Positions 41,801 to 51,705 of a stretch of 64,000 bases of DNA are shown here, piece after piece. Positions within the stretch are counted from its first letter, which is position 1, and each line of letters opens with the position of its first letter. The position numbers and the translations under genes were made by a program. Source of the stretch: Octopus bimaculoides (Eukaryota); contig NC_068983.1 in the NCBI RefSeq assembly GCF_001194135.2, positions 4,982,207 through 5,046,206 on the forward strand, written 5' to 3'. The notes under the pieces were generated by a model that was not told where the DNA came from, ran no database searches, and was given only the letters and a program-made list of their open reading frames with translations.

Positions 41801-44800
41801 TCATCAGACCTTTTTGGTAAATCCACGGCACCAGACAAAGCAAGAACTGTTGAAAGAAGTCTAGAATGTAGACCCGGCCAAGCAACACACCCTGACGTGG
41901 TAAAATCATTTCTTTAGAAATATGAAATGTCATCAGAATTATTTCTTTCATGTCCCATCAGGCTACACCTCCACCCTTGTTCATCACTCACTACATTTAC
42001 CTCTGACCCCCATCTTTAATCATTGGCTACTCTCCACTGATCCACTGTCCATATTCTCTCTCATACTTACTTTCTTGTCCCCTGAGGGTTTACTCTGCTA
42101 CCCCCATCACTACTCCAGCTACTCCTACCCACAGTGGCATCCACTGGAACCTGGTAATGCTGACCTCTGCTTACAAGTCTGTACTCACTTCAAATCCATG
42201 CTGGATACTCAGTGGTGATTTGGTCAGCAAATCCTCTGTGATGGTCAACAGTTGACGTCAAGATGAACTGCTATGGATTACACTAATCCAGACTGGACTC
42301 TACACCACAACACTAATCCATGGACTCTACACCACAACAGTGAAGGACTACTACAGCAACAGGGTTCTCGTTAATCATCATGCTTGCTCTCCCGGTGGGG
42401 CATTTGCCAAACTTTCAAGTTGGACTTTCAGACAATAAGCAAAAACATTACTTTATATCAACTACAGCCTCAACTGCCGCTGACCATCAGATGTGGTCAG
42501 CATTCGTGAGTGACATGGTGAGCTTGTTGGTCAGAGCTTGCTTAACCCACCCCGGGTGAATGCCACCACAAGTACAAGTAAGCTAGCAAGCAAGTACTCC
42601 TATCCACCCTTATATAATAGGGGTAGTAGTCATGTATCTCTTCTATAGCACAACACCTCTACTCAGTGGTGGACTGGGTCTAAAAATATTGGTTGCCAGG
42701 GGACTAAGGGGGCCCACCCGCAACTACAAGGGGGGGGGGGGCACTCACAACTACAATGCTATCTTCTTTTTTTTTTTTGTTAAAAGTATTCTTTCCAACT
42801 GTCTACAAACACAGCCAGGCTGAAATAATTAATGCATTCTTCCAGGAGTGAATAAAAAATTCTCAAACTTGAGGGAATGGGCCCCTTAGATACTAACATG
42901 GGCCCCCATATATAGATTCTAATGGCGCAGGGGCCCACTTGCCATCAGGCAAGCTGGCAACCTGGCCAGTCCGCCCCTGCCTCCTGTCATACTTTAGCCT
43001 CTTAACACCTGGTATTAAGCCATCTCCTTGCTTCAAATACTTCCTCACTACTTAGTCAAGGGAACTTTCTATGTTCTTTTCTCATCAAGCAGGTTATTTA
43101 GCGACCCTGCTCGTGTCAGTAGCAAAAAAAAAAAGAAGCATTCATTACACTTTGTAAAGTGGTTGGTGTTAGGAAGGGCATCCAATCGTAAAAACCATAC
43201 CGTTGGAGCTCTACACAGCCCTGCAGTAACATAAAAGGGGCCTCTTGTAGGAAGTTGTCAAACTAGCCACTCTGATGGTCCTGTTATGAGCCACAGCACC
43301 TTAGAAGGATTACCCTGTTAGACGTCACTAATAATATGAAACAGAATTAAATAAAGCAAGTTTCTCATTTGATATATTTGCAATAAATATTAATTGTTTT
43401 AATAAATTTCATCAGTAAAATCACAATCTACTCCATTGAAAAGCTATCTCTGCAAAATTTCAGCACAAAAAGATGTTTATTTTTCAAGAAGACACTCATC
43501 CTGCACCCCTTCTGTTAACTCTCTCTGTTTCTCTCTTTTACTCTCTCTGCTTCTCTCTTTTACTCTCTCCCCCACCTCTCTCTATACAGTGTAAAACTTG
43601 ACTGCAGAATTCAACCAACCAACCGACCAACAAACATTTATATCAGCTATTATTAAATAGAAATTATATTTTTACAGTGTGATTAAAAAATACCAAGTGA
43701 ACAATCAGAAACGACTTAGGATTAAGGGGACCATTTAATCTGGTGCAAAGACAAGACTGCATCTCTAGTGTCATGATGAAATATTCACAGTAGATTCTGC
43801 AAAATGGTTGGTGATAGGAAAGGCATCCAGCCATGGAAACTATACTAAAATTAGAATGTTTTGAATGAAACATGATCCTTTAGCCTGTCTGGGAGGGTAG
43901 GAATGCTGAATTAATCATCATTATCATCACCACTACGACCACCATTTAATGCCCATTTTCTACTCTGGCATGGGTTGGCCAGTTTGACAGGAGCTGAGGA
44001 CAATACCAAACACTAGTGTCTGCTTTATCGGGTGTTTTTATGACTAGATGATCTTCCTAACATTAACCATTTTACAGAATATTCCGGGTGGCTTCTAGCT
44101 TAATGATAACCAAGTGATTTTGCTAAATTCTTTGTTATATTTAAAATTAATTAAAAGAAACACAGAACATCTCAAAATAAATACAGTAACGAAAGGGTTA
44201 ATACTCAAAATTGTTTCTGTTGTTTAACAACACCTAGGACTTCTAGATGAGGGATCAATATTGGGCCATTTTACTGACCCTTGTCTAAACTCTAGCACAA
44301 TTTCTTCTTCAATTTTCTTTAATTATTTCTTTTTAGTTAAGTGCCTGTTTAATGTCAGTTTTGATTTTCTTTTTGTTGTGTAGGTTTGTCTGAAAACTCA
44401 GTTGGAACAATGTTTGGAAGAAAACAAGAAACTGAGAGAGGATCTACAATGGTTATTGATCAAGAAATCAAAGTCAGGAACTGAGGAATTTGTCGCTGAC
44501 ACAACTCAATGCAGTTCAGTGGTTTATTCTTTAGTCTTTAATCTTATAAACTAACACACTACTCATTCATGATTTTACTCTTCCTTCTACTTCTACCACT
44601 GTTTGGTGGACAATTGATTACAAAGCAAGCCATGCCTGCACCAATACCATGTTTAAACACCACATGTTTTGGTACCACATCCTGTGCTGGTACCACATCC
44701 TGTGCTGGTACCAAATCCTGTGCTGGTACCACATAAAAAGCACTCAGTCCACTCAGCTGAGTGGTTGGTGCTAGGATGGGTATCCAGCTGTAAAAATCCT

Positions 44801-47800
44801 GCTGAAACAGCCACAGAAGGCTGGTGTAGGCTTCTGCCTGGCTGGCTCCTGTCAAACCGTCCCACCCATGCCAGCATGGAAGGTGGATGTTAAATGATGA
44901 TGATGATGATGACAATCTGTAAAGTGATTAGCATTAGGTAGGGCATCCAACTGAAGAAACCATGACAACTGGAGCCTGGTGCAGCCCTCTGACTTGCCAG
45001 CTCCTTGTCAAAACATCCGACCCATGCCTACAATGATGATGATGATGATTAGCTTCAGTTTCAGTAAAAAGAAACCATATCTTCTACTACATGTATTGAG
45101 TACTACTTTCTCATTCATTTGACATAAAACAACATGCATATGTTCATGATCATCACCATTATTTAACATCCACTTTTCCATGCTTGCATGGGTCGAGTGG
45201 AATTTGTAGAGCCAGGTTTCCTACAGCGATATGCTGTTCTTGATGCCTGGGTGTGTGTGTGTGTATCATCATCATCATCATTTAACGTCTGCTTTCCATG
45301 CTGTAAACTGGTAAGCTGGGGAGCTGCCCCAGGTTCCAGTCTGATTTGGCAAGGTTTCTATGTGTGGATGCCCTTCCTTATGCCAACCACTCCAAGATAG
45401 TAGGGGGTGCTTTGTATGTGCCACCAGCACGAGTGCTATTGACCTGACACTGGCATTGGCCATGACTATGGTCTCACTTGGCTTGACAGGTCAACACAAG
45501 GGTCTTGGTCGCCTGTACCTGCCTCCATGAGGCCCAACGCTCGAGCAATGCATTTTACATGCCACCAGCATGGGTTCCAGTCAGATAGCACTGACATCGG
45601 CCATGACTACACACATACACAAGAGGCTTCTCTCAGTCTCCATCCACACAGTAGATCTGAACCTGGAACCATATGGTTGGAAAGCAGACTTCTTATCACA
45701 CAGCCATACTTGCACCTATTGCCATGCCTGGGGCTGTGTTGGCCCCCCACACCCACAACTACTTGATAACTTAGCAGTTCAGCATAAGAAACTGATAGAA
45801 TAAGTACCAGTCTTAAAAAAGTAAAAAAAATCATAAGGCAGAGGCATGGCTGTATGGTAAGAAGCTTGCTTCCCAACTGCATGGCTCTGAGTTCAGTCCC
45901 ACAGCAGGGCACATTGGGCAAGAGCCTCAGGCCAACCAAAGCCTTGTTAGTGAATTTGGTTGACGGAAACTGAAAGAATCCTTTTGCATGTATATATATA
46001 TATATATATGTGTGTGTGCGTGTAGGTAGGGGGGGATCCAAAAGGGGTCTCAGGGAGTAGTGTCCCTGCCTTCCTGAGCTAGTTTTCCACCACATTTCTT
46101 AAAAATCGTGATAGAGGCCTTGGTCTCGGGACCACTCATGTCTAGAAATCGAAGTTGGGGGTAAGCAGGGGCATGCTCCCCGTAGAAAATCCAGCTCCAA
46201 AAGGAGAATGGAGAAGCAAAGGAGAATGGGCACCAGCCAGCCCAAAGGGTGGGGTGGGCTGCACCTGCCTACCTCAGTTACTATGGCATTGAGGTAGATC
46301 TGGCCACCCCTGTTAACGGGGACAAAACCCAGATTTAAAACACTGGATGATGATGATATGTGTGTGTGTGTCGGTGTTTGTCCCGACCACCACATGACAA
46401 CTGGTGTTGGTGTGTTTATGTCCCTGTAACTTAGTAGTTTGACAAAAGGGATTGATAGAATAAGTACCTGGCTTTAAAAAAATGGTAAGTCCTGAGCTTC
46501 ATTCAACTGAAGTTCTTCAAGGTGTTGCCCCAGCATGGTCGCAATCTAATGACTGAAACAAGTAAAATTTAAAAGGTCAAAATATCTTCACTGATATCAA
46601 CATATGTTGCTGTGTAGACAAAACTCTACCCTCACCACGTAGACTTAGAGTCGAAGACAATCCAGCCATGGCCACCCTGTCTTTTCTCTTCAGACACAGT
46701 TTACGTAGGGCTACACTTTCACGTGTCTGTTTTTTCTTTCTCCAATTTGGTAGGGCAGGGTTTGAAGGAGTTTTGCTGCTATTTCTAGCAGACCCTTTGC
46801 TACCTTGTCATTAAACATGTCTTCCATTGTAGCAGGCAGTCCCTCCCTATTGTGTTTACTGTATCAATAGCTTTTCTTATATTTCGACCATTCAGTTTGT
46901 GTTTTATTTTATAACCACCACCACCACCACCACCACCACCACCACCACCACCACCACCACCACCACCACCACCACTTTCAGTATTACCGTCGCTATTACT
47001 ACCGCCACAAGCACCACCATCATCATCACCACCACCACCATCACACCTCTGTGTTTATTACTTTTGCCACGGTTTTGCCATTCAATTCAGATTTAAGTCC
47101 TTAAAAAGAAAACAACTGTGTTGAATCTCTTCAAATTCTCATATTCCATAAAGGCCTTTGTTAAGTTTCTTCGTTTCTCTGTTTCTCTTGTAAATTGTCT
47201 TGTTCTAACAAGTTGAGGTTTATTTATATCTTTTAACCTCGTATATCTCCGTTATACTTTCTTCATTAAATATCACAGTTTCTTTATGACTTCTGCTTTG
47301 ACAGTCACCATCATTATCATCACTTTAGTGTCCACTTCTCCATGCTTGCATGGGTCAGACGGAATTTGCTGAGGCAGATTTTCTACAGCCGGATGCCTTT
47401 CCTGTCACCAACTCTTCCTTGTGATCAGACATGTTTTCCACAGAAGACTTGAAGCAAACAACGTCACCTGTATGATGGTGGTGCTTATTTACAGCCATCA
47501 CGTAATCCTGAGTCAAAGGGACAGAGAGAGAGAGACACACACACACGCATGCACACACACACGCACACACACACAAGTGATTAAAATGTTTGCTTCATAA
47601 CCACATGATTTGGCAGTGGTGGTGAGTTCAATCCCACTCTGTGGTACTATGGCGTGAGAGTGTGTATGTATATAGATGTGTGTTTATTTACAAGAGGAGG
47701 TAAGTGTGTGTGTGTGTGTGTGTGTGTGCTTGTACATGTGTGCATACACCCACATACACACATAATCACACTTGCACACACACACACACACCTGCATGCA

Positions 47801-49526
47801 CATACACTCTTCATTTACTCTCGCCCTTAGCTTATCTTCTAAGTAAACACATGTACATATACACATTACAGGCATGAGACCAGTTCTTGGACAGACTCAC
47901 AGCAGACCTTGTAGAGAGAAACCAAATCATTGAAAGGGTCATGAATAGTGATGGAAGGACTTTGACGAACAAACAACTAATTGATTTGTTTAATCAATAC
48001 ATTAAAGAAATGCTCGATTAGTTATTCAATTAGCGAATTAGATATTTAACCGATTGACTAACAATAAAGAAGTGATATTGAACCAGTGTGTGTGTTTATT
48101 GTTATTGGTGTAATGATCCACCCAAGACACAAGATTTGCATCAAATATCTTGCAAACCAAATACAAAAACGAACTAATATGTATGTATGTATGTATGTAT
48201 AGATGGATGATTAAACTCATATATAATAGGCTTCTTTTAGTTTCCATCTCTCAAACCCACACACAAAGCTTTGGTCAATCCATGGCTGTTGTAGAAGACA
48301 CCCAAAGTGCAATGCAGTGGGATCGAACCCAAGACCACGCAGTCACATCCACAACTCGATATTAATGCTGTGGAATTGGTACAGAGTTGGAACTTTAAAT
48401 ATTCTTTATGGCATTCAGTTCTTTGACACAAAGTCAGTCAACACTTGTATCCTCAAGCCAGTAAGGGAACCTGTTTGTGGTTGATTAGCCTGCTAGAAAT
48501 TACAACCAAGTCACTAAAATTACAGCCTACCATTTTTAAAAGGGAGGCGGGGTTATATTCCTCACTCCCCTTCTTTGTCCTAGAAACACAAATACACCCT
48601 CCATTCAGTCAAGGGGCCGTTTTGCCCTCCAAGTTACTTGGCCACCTCATTAGTGCCAGTGTCATGAAGAAAAGCACCCAGAACACCCTGTAAAGTGGCT
48701 GGTGTTAAGAAAGGCATCCAGTCATAGAAGAACCATGCCAAAGCTGACATTGGAGCTCAATACAATCCTGTAGCTTCTGTCAAGCTGTCCAATCCGTACC
48801 AACATGGAAAACAATTCTTAACCCTTTTGGTACCGACCCAGCTGAAACTGCTTCTCACTCTGTAGTACAAATGTTTTGTTTTCATAAGTTCTGAATTAAA
48901 ATCTTCCACCAAACCTTAGTCACAATTTATGCTCCTAACACTAGCTGAATGATAACGAAGTTATTTTACTAAATTCTTGGTTATATTTAAAATTAATTGA
49001 AAGAAACACAGAGCATCTCAACAGAAATATGGTAACAAAAGGGTTACTGCAGCTGTTGCCGCTGCTGCTGTCCCTACTTCTGTTGCTGCTCCCACTGTTG
49101 CTGCTGCTAATGATGACAATAGTGATATTTGTTTATACTTTTTTCTCCATTTTTAAAAATAATTTTTACATTTTTTTTTTCTTCATTTTATTCAGAAGAA
49201 CTGAAAGACCAAAATCTTCAGCTGAAAAAAGATGTTGAATTGTTAGAATCCAAATTGGAACAGTATTATCAGATCCAGACTCTGGCAGACATGCTTCAAG
49301 AAAGTCACAAGTAAGAACTTTGTATTAATTCTTTTATACATGGTGATGTGGTTAAGATGCTTGCTTCCCAACCACATGGTTTCGGGTTCAAACCTATTGC
49401 ATGGCACCTTGGGCAAATGTCCTTTACTGTAGCTTCGGGCTGACCAAAGCATTGTGAGTGGACTTGGTAGATGAAAACTGTGTGGAAGCCCATCATATAT
49501 ATGTGTGTGTGTGCATGTACATATGA

Positions 49527-49570
<44 letters not shown>

Positions 49571-50775
49571 ATGATGGTGCATGCACACATATGTGTGAGT
49601 GCATGCATGCTCACGTGTGTTTGTGTGTGTCCTTGTCTTGACATCTTGTGATAGTTGTAAATGAGCATCACCACCATACAGGTGGTGTCATTCATTTCCA
49701 GTCATGTACATATGTCTATGTGCGTCTTTGTGTTTGTGTTTGTTTTCCTCCGTCCACCATTTGACAACAGGTGTTGGTTTGTTTATGTCCCTATAACTTA
49801 TCAGTTCAGTGAAAGTGACTGATAGCGTGAGTAGCAGACTTTAGAAATCAAGTCCTGGGGTTGATTGTTTCACTAAACCCTTCAAAGGACTGCTCCTGTA
49901 TGGCCACAGTCTAATGAATGAAACAAGTCAAAAACAAAAGATAAAGATAAGACGGCACGAAATGTGTACAACAAAAAATACGAAGCACGAGTACATGGAA
50001 CATGAAATATTCTTTCGAACAATGAAAGACACAAATGGAAAACAAAATAAGCAACATAAAGAACGACCCTTCATCAATTGTTGGCTGTTTTTCTACTCTT
50101 GTATTTCTAGCATTTAACAACAATATACGCCTTCGATAAAACAGTTGCTCCTGCAAAGCAAATTACATAAAATTTAGGATTTTGCAGAGGGTCAAAATTG
50201 ATAACACAAACAGGACAGGGAAAACAAACAGGAAGGGCTGCTAAGCCTAAATGAGGTTATGGTGGAAAATGCGTAAATCAAGCTTCAATCCAATAATTTA
50301 TTTATATTACAATATTACATTAAATACTTTGAATATAATATATAACATAACATGATATAATATAAATAATTATAATAACCGTAAAAGGCCAACAAATTGT
50401 TTTGACTTATATACATACATACATATATATATATACAACATTGTGTAAATATACATACATATACTACTGTGGGTATTACTTATATGTTTTCTATGATATA
50501 TTTACAGGTCCCTGATTCAAACCAATAATCATCTTCTACAAGAAGTTGAAGAAAATAAGCAACGCCACCAGGGAGAAGTCCAACAGTTGCAGTGGAACTA
50601 TGAACAACTGCGCCAAACTATATCTGCCTTGGATTCAGTCTCAGACATTGCATCAACCGAAGCAGGCATTCCTTTCTCTTTGGTAGCCGAGAATATGGCC
50701 CAGTCTACAGCTAAACTCTATGACAGTGATGAAAAGGAATCGCTTTTTTCAGAAAAGATCTCCTCTGACCAGTGA
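966..50775 (+). CDS. CEP72: Centrosomal protein of 72 kDa orthologue, complete 16-exon gene, about 664 aa
   Basis: Manual exon assembly, all introns GT-AG, phases consistent. The N-terminus MALVLTEDIIRTRVNLLHNNLEDVKSLSLPGSYQDKITSVGKSLRKFSRLKVLDLSRNSLTSLSGLEHLKLLEKLNLYYNNIASL...LDLRLNPVTRNDPDYRLYLIQLLPNLQKLDDR resembles human CEP72 as I recall it (SLSIPGTYQEKIT...LDLSRNSL...LNLYYN...DFRLNPV...DYRLFVVHLLPKLQQLDDR). So do the internal block LLLKIMDFVDKYWNGAQSLH and the C-terminal IQTLADMLQESHKSLIQTNNHLLQE...EVQQLQWNYEQL. No database search was run. Confidence 0.93.
5770..6200. mobile_element. Penelope-like non-autonomous element, inverted pair, tRNA-like cassette (-) plus two degenerate hammerhead motifs
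   Basis: Left arm (-) has a tRNA-like segment at about 5960-6035 and a hammerhead at 5837-5882; right arm (+) has CTGATGA at 6131. Confidence 0.7.
7536..7663 (+). CDS. CEP72: CEP72 exon 2 (LRR: DVKSLSLPGSYQDKIT...LDLSRNSLTSLS)
   Basis: ttctttgcag acceptor, GTAAGT donor, 128 nt, phase 1 to 0. Confidence 0.95.
9028..9065 (+). CDS. CEP72: CEP72 exon 3, 38 nt (GLEHLKLLEKLN-L)
   Basis: cttttgttgcag acceptor; ends at U12-type donor GTATCCTTT; reading on gives an in-frame TGA four codons later. Confidence 0.9.
9066..10778 (+). other. U12-type (minor spliceosome) GT-AG intron, 1713 nt
   Basis: 5' site GTATCCTTT; branch-point-like ATCCTTAAA at 10757-10765 just upstream of the CAG acceptor; no polypyrimidine tract; splicing restores the LRR motif LNLYYN. 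Confidence 0.88.
10224..10459. mobile_element. Tc1/mariner-type MITE (236 bp) inside the U12 intron
   Basis: TIRs CAGGGTGGCCCAAAAGTAGGTTTACAG / CTGTAAACCTACTTTTAGGAGCCACCCTG; TA on the left flank, TT on the right. Confidence 0.75.
10779..10933 (+). CDS. CEP72: CEP72 exon 4 (YYNNIASLEEL...DLRLNPVTRNDPDYRLYLIQLLPNLQKL)
   Basis: LRR plus LRR-cap motif; phase 2 to 1; donor G|GTACGG. Confidence 0.95.
11873..12010 (+). CDS. CEP72: CEP72 exon 5 (DDRCIRDRERQSAQLHFSESEDF...KSLVC); may end at 12016 instead
   Basis: tttgcag acceptor; resembles human DDRPVRASERKASRLHF; two phase-1 donors 6 nt apart (12011 and 12017). Confidence 0.88.
13205..13975. mobile_element. Penelope-like non-autonomous element, full head-to-head palindrome with two tRNA-like cassettes and two hammerhead motifs
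   Basis: Arms about 13260-13516 and 13541-13783 are reverse complements; A box tggcatagtgg, B box gttcgattcc; hammerhead motifs at 13284-13327 (-) and 13714-13759 (+). Confidence 0.75.
14040..14146 (+). CDS. CEP72: CEP72 exon 6 (VFSDDIGVLDILDPTRTKFIQPQQLSGSAAKQPSIE)
   Basis: Long poly-T then AAG acceptor; DDIGVLDIL resembles human DDEAVLNLI; GAG|GTATAT donor; phase 1 to 0. Confidence 0.8.
15090..15174 (+). CDS. CEP72: CEP72 exon 7 (VSNITNSDFIVFSHATNGDVTLSGLAAI)
   Basis: ctgcag acceptor, G|GTAACG donor; phase 0 to 1 bridges exons 6 and 8; no homology support. Confidence 0.62.
15807..15854 (-). ncRNA. Second-family minimal hammerhead ribozyme motif
   Basis: Minus strand GCCU-CUGAUGA-A-GGGAUAU[auaaa]AUAUCCC-G-GAAAC-AGCU-GUA-AGAC: core intact, palindromic ACAGCUGU stem III, GUA site, one mismatch in stem I. 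Confidence 0.55.
17350..17880 (-). mobile_element. Possible highly decayed RTE LINE fragment (endonuclease-RT linker)
   Basis: Weak minus-strand translation FLMRQG*..VHVLPRIVIMEH*LEVVG; many stops. Confidence 0.3.
18270..18740. mobile_element. Same Penelope-like family, inverted pair with degenerate hammerheads
   Basis: Short left arm (-) 18270-18380; long right arm (+) with partial tRNA-like head, (AAT)n and hammerhead at 18649-18694. Confidence 0.7.
19090..19440. repeat. Compound (AC)n/(ACAT)n microsatellite
   Basis: Direct reading. Confidence 0.9.
19722..19823. mobile_element. hAT (Charlie-like) MITE remnant
   Basis: Ends cctggttcccaacc / gggtgggaaccacca resemble the CAGTGGTTCCCAACC TIR; degenerate flank duplication ctctaaa/ctcgaaa. 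Confidence 0.55.
20410..20980 (+). mobile_element. V-domain-like SINE/LINE-3' element with the longest 66-bp minisatellite array; other copies at about 3670, 4981, 7090, 8365, 9850, 16570, 22245(-), 26000(-), 26865(-), 28985, 33590(-), 37390, 37622(-), 45260(-), 52120, 56110, 58670(-), 59335(-)
   Basis: gtggca motif at 20413, 20465, 20531, 20597, 20663, 20728, 20794; core ggttggcattaggaagggcatccagctgtagaaac; (GAT)n tail. Confidence 0.75.
21444..21502 (+). CDS. CEP72: CEP72 exon 8 (ALKQMKSKEPSDPKQTTDAN)
   Basis: catttttag-type acceptor at 21443, GTGAGT donor; phase 1 to 0 (an alternative phase-0 acceptor exists at 21454). Confidence 0.7.
24801..24934 (+). CDS. CEP72: CEP72 exon 9 (SRVTSEDAANSEKHKSLNDGIYSDYSKLDSGSSETQPKAQTYQT-K)
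   Basis: atcctttcag acceptor, AA|GTAAAC donor; open frame; phase 0 to 2. Confidence 0.75.
25510..25930. mobile_element. Same Penelope-like family, inverted pair
   Basis: Left arm (-) with intact hammerhead; tRNA-like head about 25645-25712 (+); right hammerhead 25836-25881 degenerate. Confidence 0.7.
25594..25639 (-). ncRNA. Minimal type I hammerhead ribozyme motif with intact core
   Basis: Minus strand AUCAU-CUGAUGA-A-GGCUG[gagaguaaau]CAGCC-GAAAC-GUU-GUGGU: 5-bp stem I (with G:U pairs), 5-bp stem II, palindromic AACGUU stem III, NUH site GUU. Confidence 0.65.
30257..30339 (+). CDS. CEP72: CEP72 exon 10 (FAVPISHQEEVEAYSKYTGRSTFTPQP)
   Basis: cattag acceptor fits phase 2; STFTPQP resembles human TYFTPHP; G|GTGAGT donor. 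Confidence 0.82.
30366..30502. repeat. (CAT/CAC)n microsatellite
   Basis: Direct reading. Confidence 0.95.
31271..31437 (+). CDS. CEP72: CEP72 exon 11, Q/H-rich
   Basis: AAG acceptor phase 1, AAA|GTATGT donor phase 0; GHTADNGLHQPKEPLVLQQQQNTDHQNHHHHHQQNQQQAQEQQHLKYKHSSSQALK. Confidence 0.75.
32425..32760 (-). mobile_element. 5'-truncated RLE-type (R4/Dong-like) non-LTR retrotransposon 3' end
   Basis: Minus translation CPANNKICDKEERKVDRYDRLAWEVKQL*LMKKVVVVPVIVGALGTVSRNLEKYIEQIGAAIRVEHLQKTALLGTAQILQKVLEK* (stop at 32502-32504), typical of the restriction-like endonuclease C-terminus. Confidence 0.8.
32765..32860. repeat. (TTA)n microsatellite
   Basis: Direct reading. Confidence 0.95.
35105..35258 (+). 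CDS. CEP72: CEP72 exon 12 (SSSSTVISC...DRLLLKIMDFVDKYWNGAQSLHRNVKFK)
   Basis: Conserved block resembling human LLETLLDLVDRSWGGCRSLHSN; T|GTAAGT donor; phase 0 to 1. Confidence 0.9.
36590..36820 (+). mobile_element. tRNA-derived SINE with Meta-like core, well preserved; other copies at about 12230(-), 16400, 21705, 27495, 27720, 39180, 51359, 55280/55471
   Basis: ggcggcgagctggcagaatcgttagc head, B box gagttcaaattcc, core gactttgcctttcatcctttcgggg. Confidence 0.7.
36915..37300 (+). mobile_element. Abundant tRNA-derived SINE with internal (TG)n; other copies at about 4440, 6545(-), 7875(-), 9685, 17045(-), 24085, 26345(-), 29930, 45835, 49340
   Basis: A box gtggctgtgtggtaag, B box ggttcagtccc, then ggcaccttgggcaagtgtcttc...gaaactgaaagaagcc-(TG)n-...gactgaaacaag. 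Confidence 0.75.
39335..40380 (-). mobile_element. 5'-truncated RLE-type (R4/Dong-like) retrotransposon, decayed ORF with zinc knuckle and PD-(D/E)xK endonuclease
   Basis: GRGLISIEYCIRSE...; CGKSVESVTHLGSGCENLAQEEYKHCHD; ILWDYDF*AVRVIEIRRPDI; IIDVAI...VIPVVIGALG; stops and a frameshift; (AAT)n tail. Confidence 0.88.
41730..41899 (+). CDS. CEP72: CEP72 exon 13 (SIAKNLIEKHMAQCDK...GQATHPDV); 3' end uncertain
   Basis: atttcag acceptor phase 1; chosen phase-0 donor GTG|GTAAAA; another phase-0 donor at about 41783 is possible. Confidence 0.7.
42664..42979. mobile_element. hAT-like MITE
   Basis: 14-bp TIRs CAGTGGTGGACTGG / CCAGTCCGCCCCTG (2 mismatches); GC-rich subterminal gggccc motifs. Confidence 0.6.
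44384..44513 (+). CDS. CEP72: CEP72 exon 14 (VCLKTQLEQCLEENKKLREDLQWLL...); 3' end uncertain
   Basis: ttgtgtag acceptor; LKTQLEQCLEENKKL resembles human LRQHLDKSLEENSRL; the only phase-1 GT found is the weak A|GTTCAG. Confidence 0.72.
46915..47040. repeat. (ACC)n microsatellite
   Basis: Direct reading. Confidence 0.95.
49196..49310 (+). CDS. CEP72: CEP72 exon 15 (ELKDQNLQLKKDVELLESKLEQYYQIQTLADMLQESH-K)
   Basis: Poly-T/ttcag acceptor, AA|GTAAGA donor; MLQESH motif conserved. Confidence 0.92.
50508..50775 (+). CDS. CEP72: CEP72 terminal coding exon 16 (SLIQTNNHLLQE...SEKISSDQ*)
   Basis: tttacag acceptor phase 2; resembles human SLVSTNEHLLQEL...HRAEVEQMHWSY; TGA at 50773-50775. Confidence 0.92.
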
Positions 50776-50891
50776 CAATCTCTGTGCTTTGTGTATGTGT
50801 GTGTGTGTGTGTGCAAGTGTTACAATGTATGTGTATTTTAATATGAAATAAGGCTGTGTGTTTTATTCTTTCCAGTTATCAACTGTTCTGT

Positions 50892-50934
<43 letters not shown>

Positions 50935-51060
50935 GCATTAGGAAGGGCATCCAACCATAGAAGCCATACCAAATCAGATGGGAGCCTAGTGCAGCTCCCC
51001 AGCTTACCAGTTCCAGTCAAACTGTCCAACCCATGCCANNNNNNNNNNCAACTGTTCTGT

Positions 51061-51098
<38 letters not shown>

Positions 51099-51101
<3 letters not shown>

Positions 51102-51588
51102 AGTAAATGTAAGGATAAGCAAGTCAGGAAAGTCGGTATTCAAAAATATTAAATACATTTAATATAGTCATATGTTTGCATATAAAAGGGTCCGACTTAC
51201 ACAGAGTAGAAATATCAGGAATTAAAGGGGTAAAACCTGTAAAACCCTTACTCGACCCCTTTAAATTCCTGATAACATTTCTATTCTTTGTAAGTCAGAC
51301 CTTTTTATATGTAAGCAATATGTACATTTTTTTGTATTAAATGTTTTTAATATTTTTCTGACAGAAATGTTAGCACACCGGGCAAAATGCTTAGCGGTAT
51401 TTTGTCTGTCTTTACATTCTGAGTTCAAATTCCACCAAGGTCAACTTTGCCTTTTATCCTCTCGGAGTCGATAAATTAAGTACCAGTTGTATACTGAGGT
51501 CGATCTAATCGACTGGCACCCTCCCCCAAAAAAAGAATAGTTTTTGTATAGCAACCTGCCTAATTTGCCTATCCTTACATTTACTCCT
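51099..51588. mobile_element. Foldback (palindromic) MITE interrupted by a Meta-like SINE
   Basis: Left arm 51099-51231 pairs with 51255-51358 plus about 51540-51588; SINE insert about 51359-51535. Confidence 0.7.
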
Positions 51589-51659
51589 CTACCCATTCAA
51601 GTTTAAATCTCTTGAGCACTACGAAGTGTATTCTATACAGAGAATATTTGTCTCTCATC

Positions 51660-51705
<46 letters not shown>

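Noticed and set aside
44671-44730. 18-bp tandem repeat ggtaccacatcctgtgct x3
   Set aside because: Local slippage variant of the same minisatellite-bearing element; no independent significance
50880-51098. Duplicated caactgttctgttccaa(TA)n around the 10-N gap at 51039
   Set aside because: Same scaffolding artefact pattern
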